NCBI GenBank assembly: GCA_964016885.1
Contig: OZ024743.1
Span: 300,762,001-300,826,000 of the forward strand
DNA from: Eledone cirrhosa
Lineage: Eukaryota
DNA length: 64,000 bases
Direction: 5' to 3'
How positions within the stretch are numbered: position 1 is the stretch's first letter; every line of letters starts with the position of its first letter. Below the pieces are notes generated by a model that made no database searches, was not told where the DNA came from, and worked only from the letters and a program-made list of their open reading frames with translations. A program made the position numbers and the translations under genes. Below are positions 58,439-64,000 of the stretch, in pieces.

Positions 58439-59175
58439 AATGGAATAGAATGAAACGAAATTTAATTTCTCACTCTCAGGTCGGCACTTACTTAAATGTA
58501 AGTATGTATGTATACGTACATACATATATGTATACAGACGTACAGTAGCATGTATATATATACATACAGGCACACATATATATATGCACGTATCAGTTTA
58601 CCGAACATTTATTATAATGCTCGGTTTGTTCATTTGTAATATATATATGTGTGTCTGTATATATATATATATATACATGCTACTGTACGTCTAATTACAT
58701 ATATGTATGTACGTATACATACATACTTACATTTAAGTAAGTGCCGTACTAAGAGTGAGAAATGAAATTTCGTTTCATTCCATTCCATTTATCGTTTTCG
58801 GTGCGCCTGTCCGACTGAACTCACTCGATATGCAAATTAGGCTGCTCCGCCGTTAATTTTCATAAGGAAAGTATATACTTTCGGACGTTCAACCATCTGG
58901 CAGAAAGGTATACGGTGCTGACGATAGCTAATAAGCTTGAAACTAGTACATCATTCCTGTGTCAGTGTTGAACAAAAAGGTGACGTGGTTGCCTAAACAC
59001 TGTACGGCGTAATTCAGGCTGTTTGTTTGTTTACAAACGAACAAACCGAGCATTATAATAAATGTTCGGTAAACGGATACGTGCATATATATATGTGTGC
59101 ATGTATGTATATATATACATGCTACTGTACGTCTGTATACATATATGTATGTACGTATACATACATACTTACATT
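58438..59175 (+). mobile_element. Family E HHR element with inverted partial copy (58438-58640)
   Basis: Reverse complement of the 6.7-7.7 kb repeat; HHR 58914-58952 ggtg-CTGACGA-tagctaataagctt-GAAACTAGTA^catc. Confidence 0.85.
58828..58877 (+). promoter_or_regulatory. Candidate octamer plus TATA promoter upstream of HHR
   Basis: ATATGCAAATTAG (octamer 58830-58837), AAAGTATATA (TATATA 58872-58877), HHR from 58914. Confidence 0.45.
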
Positions 59176-59203
59176 TATATATATTTATATATATTTCTTC
59201 CAT

Positions 59204-59366
59204 GTACGGTTAGCGGTTACGGCGCTCGACCAGCATAATTCCTACCAATGATGGCCACTTTTTTCCGTCAATAACAGCACATTACCCGATTTTCTCAGGC
59301 AAAGGGCGGTGCCCCAGCATGGCCTCAGCCGGATGGCTGAAACAGGTAAAAGAGTAAAAGAGTAAA
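59204..59366 (+). mobile_element. Short SINE-like element of a second family with (GTAAAAGA)n tail
   Basis: tRNA-like 5' GGTTAGCGGTTACGGCGCTCGAC; 3' GCCCCAGCATGGCC..GCTGAAACAGGTAAAAGAGTAAAAGAGTAAA. Confidence 0.55.
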
Positions 59367-59762
59367 TTATTAATTAATGATAGAATGTTATAATTATTCC
59401 CTGCATTTGTATTCCCACATTTCAAATCTTGAAACTTCCAAGCGTTTCATTAAACCATAGGAATTGCTTACTTTCGGCTCTTGCTAAAATCAGTTAAGTA
59501 AATCAATTTAAATGGTACTGCCTACATTGTTAGCCGTCCCTTCATGTAATGATCAACGCGTTTGGACGGAGTTCGATTCTGGGTAGCACATGCTGGCCGC
59601 TTTTTAATGACCCGAAGTTTTTCTTACATGTCTTTTTAACCCGATCATTAATTTCATCTATTTAATATTATAACAGTTATTTTCTGATTTTCGATTTCCA
59701 CATTTCTCATTCATATATATGAACATTTGAATTTCTTCAAAGCTAAAGATAGAGTCACTAAA

Positions 59763-59936
59763 ATAATAATTGTTTCTACTGTTGGCACAACGCCAGGAAT
59801 TATCCAGTACATTACTGATACTTTATTTTATCGACCCCCGAATGGATGAAAGGCAAAGTTAACCTCGGCGGCATTTGAACTCAGATTATAAAGGGACGTA
59901 ACTATGCTGGAAAGCATGTCCGAGCCTCTACCGATG
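59763..59936 (-). mobile_element. tRNA-derived SINE
   Basis: Same body as the 15030-15412 copies. Confidence 0.78.
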
Positions 59937-60119
59937 CATAATAACGTTATATAAGCGGTAGAAACAACTTTAATGACAGAAACATATGTGTAGAGGTGCA
60001 TGCGCACGCTTGTTTCTGTTTGTGTTTCTGTGGAAGTGGCGGTGGGTGTGTAGTATATCTTTTCTAACATGATTTTCTGTGAGATTAAATGCTCCACTTT
60101 GCCGCACACTTAATTTAAT

Positions 60120-60733
60120 AAAAGCAAGTTTCGAATTATTATTAGGAATCTTAATATTACACAGAGAATTAGTTAAAGCATTTATAGTTCATGAAACCAT
60201 CTTTACATTAATGATGGCTAAGCAAAGCAGTAAACGCATCTCTGCAATTTCATACACGTAAAGTATACAATATAATTGTGTGAGTGTATATATATACAAG
60301 CAAAAGGGATATTCGATTTGTTGGAATTTCAACAAATATAAATGTTTATAACTGATTAAAGCACTCGACATTTTTCTGGAGTATAATATGCAATGATGTT
60401 AAATAAATGGAAACTATATTTATAAAACCATATTTATTCTATTATATATGTTTCAAGGATACCAAAACTTTGGTACGCCCTCATCAGATAAAATACAAAG
60501 ATTGTTTTATAAATATTGACATAACCAGGAAAGAAGAACATAATGATTCAAGTGTTTTCTGGGTAGTCAGGTAAAACTTGAACCGTTCAGTTCTTCTTTA
60601 CTGGTTATGTCAATATTTACAAATCAAACTTGGTATTTCATCTGATGAAGGCGTACCAAAGTGTTGGTACCCTTGAACTATATATAATAGAATAACTATT
60701 GTTTTATAAATATAGTTTCCATTTATTTAATAT

Positions 60734-60813
<80 letters not shown>

Positions 60814-60839
60814 GTGGGTGTGGGTGTGTGTGGTGTATA

Positions 60840-60904
<65 letters not shown>

Positions 60905-61262
60905 ATATTAAATAAATGGAAACTATATTTATAAAACTATATTTTTTCTATTATATATATTTCAAGGGTACCAAAACTTTGGTACACCCTCATCAGATGA
61001 AATACCAAGTTTGTTTTATAAATATTGATATATATAATATTGTGGCAAATATTGTGATAAATATTGTGTATATATATATACACACATACAATTATATTAT
61101 ATACTTTACGTGTATGAAATTGCAGAGATGCGTTTAATGCTTTGCATTTTTACATTAATGATGGTTAACTTCATAAATGTAAACATTTTTTCACGAATTA
61201 TAAATGCTTTAACTAATTCTCTATGTAATATTAAGATACCTAATAATAATTCCAAACTTGCT
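60120..61262. repeat. Nested foldback structure with three family-B-like HHR copies
   Basis: Outer arms 60120-60300 / 61065-61262; inner arms 60388-60527 / 60600-60740; third copy 60899-61030; CTGATGA-ggg.gtaccaaa..tttggtaccctt-GAAA-tatata-TA. Confidence 0.85.
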
Positions 61263-61277
61263 TTATATATATATATA

Positions 61278-62177
61278 CTAGCAGTGGTGCCCGGTGTTGT
61301 ACGGAATTGTGTATTTTGGAACGCGGCACTCCAACAGACCTAATCGTTGAAAAACTACATGCCTCGACAATATGTAAAGAAAATAAACCGAATATTCTGA
61401 TGGATAGATAATCTTTAAGATTTTCCTATATGAAGCACGAACAATGCAGGTTTTCACCTAATGTGGACCCTAGGGCATCAAGAAAATTAATTCTTTTTAT
61501 GTGCATAATATGCCTTGAAATTTCGGGAAAATTGGCTAGAGGTAACGTCTAAAAAAGGCCCTAAAAGCTGAAAAAATGAAGTTTTTCACCTAATCTGGGC
61601 CCTAGTCCATAACAAGTTGGATTTTCTTTGCTCAGGGTAAGAAGAAGCGACTGACTAATACATAGTTACAATTTCAAGGAAATCGGCCTGGCGTAACGCC
61701 TCGAAATACCCCTAAAAACCTGGAAAAACGCAGTTTATCACCAAATGCGGGGATCAAAAGGTTGAAATTTGTATGTGCATAACACTCCCTGAAACATAAC
61801 GTGGGCCGCCAACACACCTACTCGTGGAAAAACTGCATGCCTGGACAATATGTTAAAGAAAATAAACCGAATACTCTGATGCAATTAGTATTAGGTATGC
61901 TTCTCCTTCCACGTGGAGAAAATCGGCTAGGTTCTTTTGTACTTTAATAAAGTGGCATGAGTCAGCAGGATAGATCTCACTACTTATGTCCGAGGAAAGT
62001 CTGCAATGCTTGAGCAAGGCATGCCGTGCAATCGGACAGCATTTGGAGCCTTTTCGAAGGAGTGTACCACACCTTAGTAAGTAAACGCAACTGGACAAAC
62101 GTTTACGAAACTGTGGGTGCTTCTCGAGTTTTAAGCATTCAAACTCTCACACATACACAGACAGACATCCTCAGTTT

Positions 62178-62221
<44 letters not shown>
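61278..62221 (-). mobile_element. Non-autonomous Helitron-like element
   Basis: Minus strand begins A|TC(TA)n..AAAACTGAGG and ends ccgtacaacaccggg-caccactg-CTAG|T, i.e. 5'-TC, subterminal hairpin, 3'-CTAG at an AT site; internal ~55-bp duplication (61349 / 61826). Confidence 0.7.
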
Positions 62222-62231
62222 TATATATATT

Positions 62232-62520
62232 ATAATAATAATTTGTCCTAAAGGTAAAAATATATCGTTGCAAATACAAATGAGAAATTATGCTGGGTGC
62301 TTCAATTTCATTCCGAGCTATTTCATCAGGATTGTTGTTATAAATGGTTTGAAAGTTGGAGACAGTGAAGATTACTGTGATGAAATCAAAGGAGATATAT
62401 AGAAACAATAAAAAAAGAATAGTGACGAAATGGTTACAGTCACATAAATGCTGAGAATGAAATGGATTTGGGGCACTCAATAGCTCATTAACAGTGTGGT
62501 GAAACACCAGCACAAACCTG
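62232..62520 (-). mobile_element. Decayed PLE RT fragment
   Basis: HLCDCNHFV...ISFDF...YLQRYIFTFRTNYY resembles the PLE RT SFD...YFTF..YY region. Confidence 0.45.
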
Positions 62521-62556
62521 GATTATGACTAACAATATCTGTATACTTATCTATAC

Positions 62557-62608
<52 letters not shown>

Positions 62609-62702
62609 CCCCAGATTCCCTTACGTACGCACATGCACGTACCACCGCACAGAAACATCACACAGATTGAACCCCTCCCCGCAAATATATATATATATAT
62701 AT

Positions 62703-64000
62703 TTTAAAGTTGCGACGGTAAACAGAAAGCAGAAAATCGTGGAAGCGAAAAAGCAGTACAAAAGTTATTATTAGTTTCACGCTTGAGAGTGGGGGTGGGG
62801 GACGACGTTTCGGGTATAAGCCCTTCATCAGGAGAAAAGTGGGGAGGAAGGGAGTTCTGAGGATGTGTGGTGGAGTGGTAGAGAGACATTACAAAAAAAA
62901 TTAGTTTAAAAAGGGGGGGGGGTACGGGAGGAAAAGGAAGTGTTTGGAGAGTTAAACAATTAAAATTAAAAGAAACAAGTGGTGAAAGGGTGTGAGGCGG
63001 GTAGGGGTAGTGGTGGCTGAAGGGGTGTCGAGGGGAGAGGGAGACGGGGGAGGGCTGAAAGTGGTGTGTGTATATGTGTGTAGGTATACGTGTGTGTATG
63101 TGTATGTGGAAGTGAATGCGTGAGTTTGGGGAAAAAAAACCATGTAACATGTTCGGATAATAGGGAAACCGGTGTATACATGGGGTGGGGTGTGAGTATG
63201 TGTGTGTGCGTGTGGATGGAGAGGGGTCAGAGGTGGTGTCAGTTGTGGAGTGCGGAGGCTGAGCGTGTGTATGTAGAGATACGCACTTGTGCGTGTGCGT
63301 TTATATGTGGTGTGGGTGTATGGTGGGGTGATGCGAAAATAGTGTAAGTGTTTGTGTGTGTGTGTGTTGCTGGGGTTTTTCCGCTGATTGTGTGATCAGA
63401 TGTTGGAGATTCGGGTTGTTGCAGGATGGATGGCTCGAGCGTTGGGACAGTGGTATAAAATCCTGGCATGGTACTATAGAAGTGGAGAGCTGTGGGGTGG
63501 GCGCGCAACAGGAAGTGGTCAGAGGGTCAGGCAGGGCGCAGGAGGCGGGAGGAGCAGCGGCAGTAGTGTGGAGGCTGACAGGTAAAGAGAGGTCTGTATG
63601 TGGCGGGGAATGTGTGTATGTGTGTACGGTGAACAGGGGAGGGATGGGTAGGTGTGAAAATGGAGGCAAAGGCTGGCAGTGTGGGGGGTCGGTGTGTATA
63701 TTAGTGGAGGTGTTAGTAGGAGTGGGGGTGCTAGTAGAGCGTGGATAGAGAGGGGAGAGAAGGTATTGGGGACGTTAGGAGAGAGTGTAGTGTACTGGTG
63801 TGTGTATGTGTGTGTGGTAGCGTGGGTGTTGCTATTACTGGTGCTGGGGGAGGGGTTGAATGCGGGTTGCGAGTGGGTGTTAGTGGTGGTAGTGTGTGGT
63901 GGAGTGGGTGGTGTATAGGTGAGTACGTAGATGTGGGTGTGTGCTCCCACCTAGAATAGTGACTTCTAGGAGATGGTTCATCTTCTACCTGACTGTAAAA
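62703..64000 (-). mobile_element. Probable PLE 3' tail running off the window, with HHR-like core at 62804-62831 (family N)
   Basis: CA/C-rich tail ending in (TA)n; CTGATGA-A-ggg cttata ccc-GAAACGTC; stem I weak. Confidence 0.6.

Noticed and set aside
62704-63959. Overlapping 60-150 aa ORFs on both strands
   Set aside because: Low-complexity G/T-rich element tail with no recognisable domain

Overview
AT-rich, microsatellite-saturated animal genomic DNA. The SINEs and repeat content resemble a cephalopod (octopus-like); this is an inference. The only host coding exon I can support is a minus-strand thrombospondin-1 (TSP1) exon of a CCN-family gene (4380-4591), so the rest is probably intronic or intergenic. 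It holds at least five large Penelope-like elements (PLE; RT plus C-terminal GIY-YIG) and several fragments, one near full-length Tx1/L1-type LINE in a (TCTA)n tract, RTE and mariner relics, tRNA-derived SINEs and a non-autonomous Helitron. The main signal is about 27 type I hammerhead ribozyme (HHR) motifs in about 14 sequence families, found by eye. Most have a self-complementary stem III. They lie in PLE tails, ORF-less foldback elements and ORF-less 320-590 bp tandem repeats (retrozyme-like), nearly all embedded in (TA)n with 3' ends pointing outward. Two unrelated tandem families share an octamer - about 35 nt - TATA - hammerhead cassette, a candidate built-in promoter. Coordinates were read manually, element edges are approximate, and ribozyme activity is predicted only.
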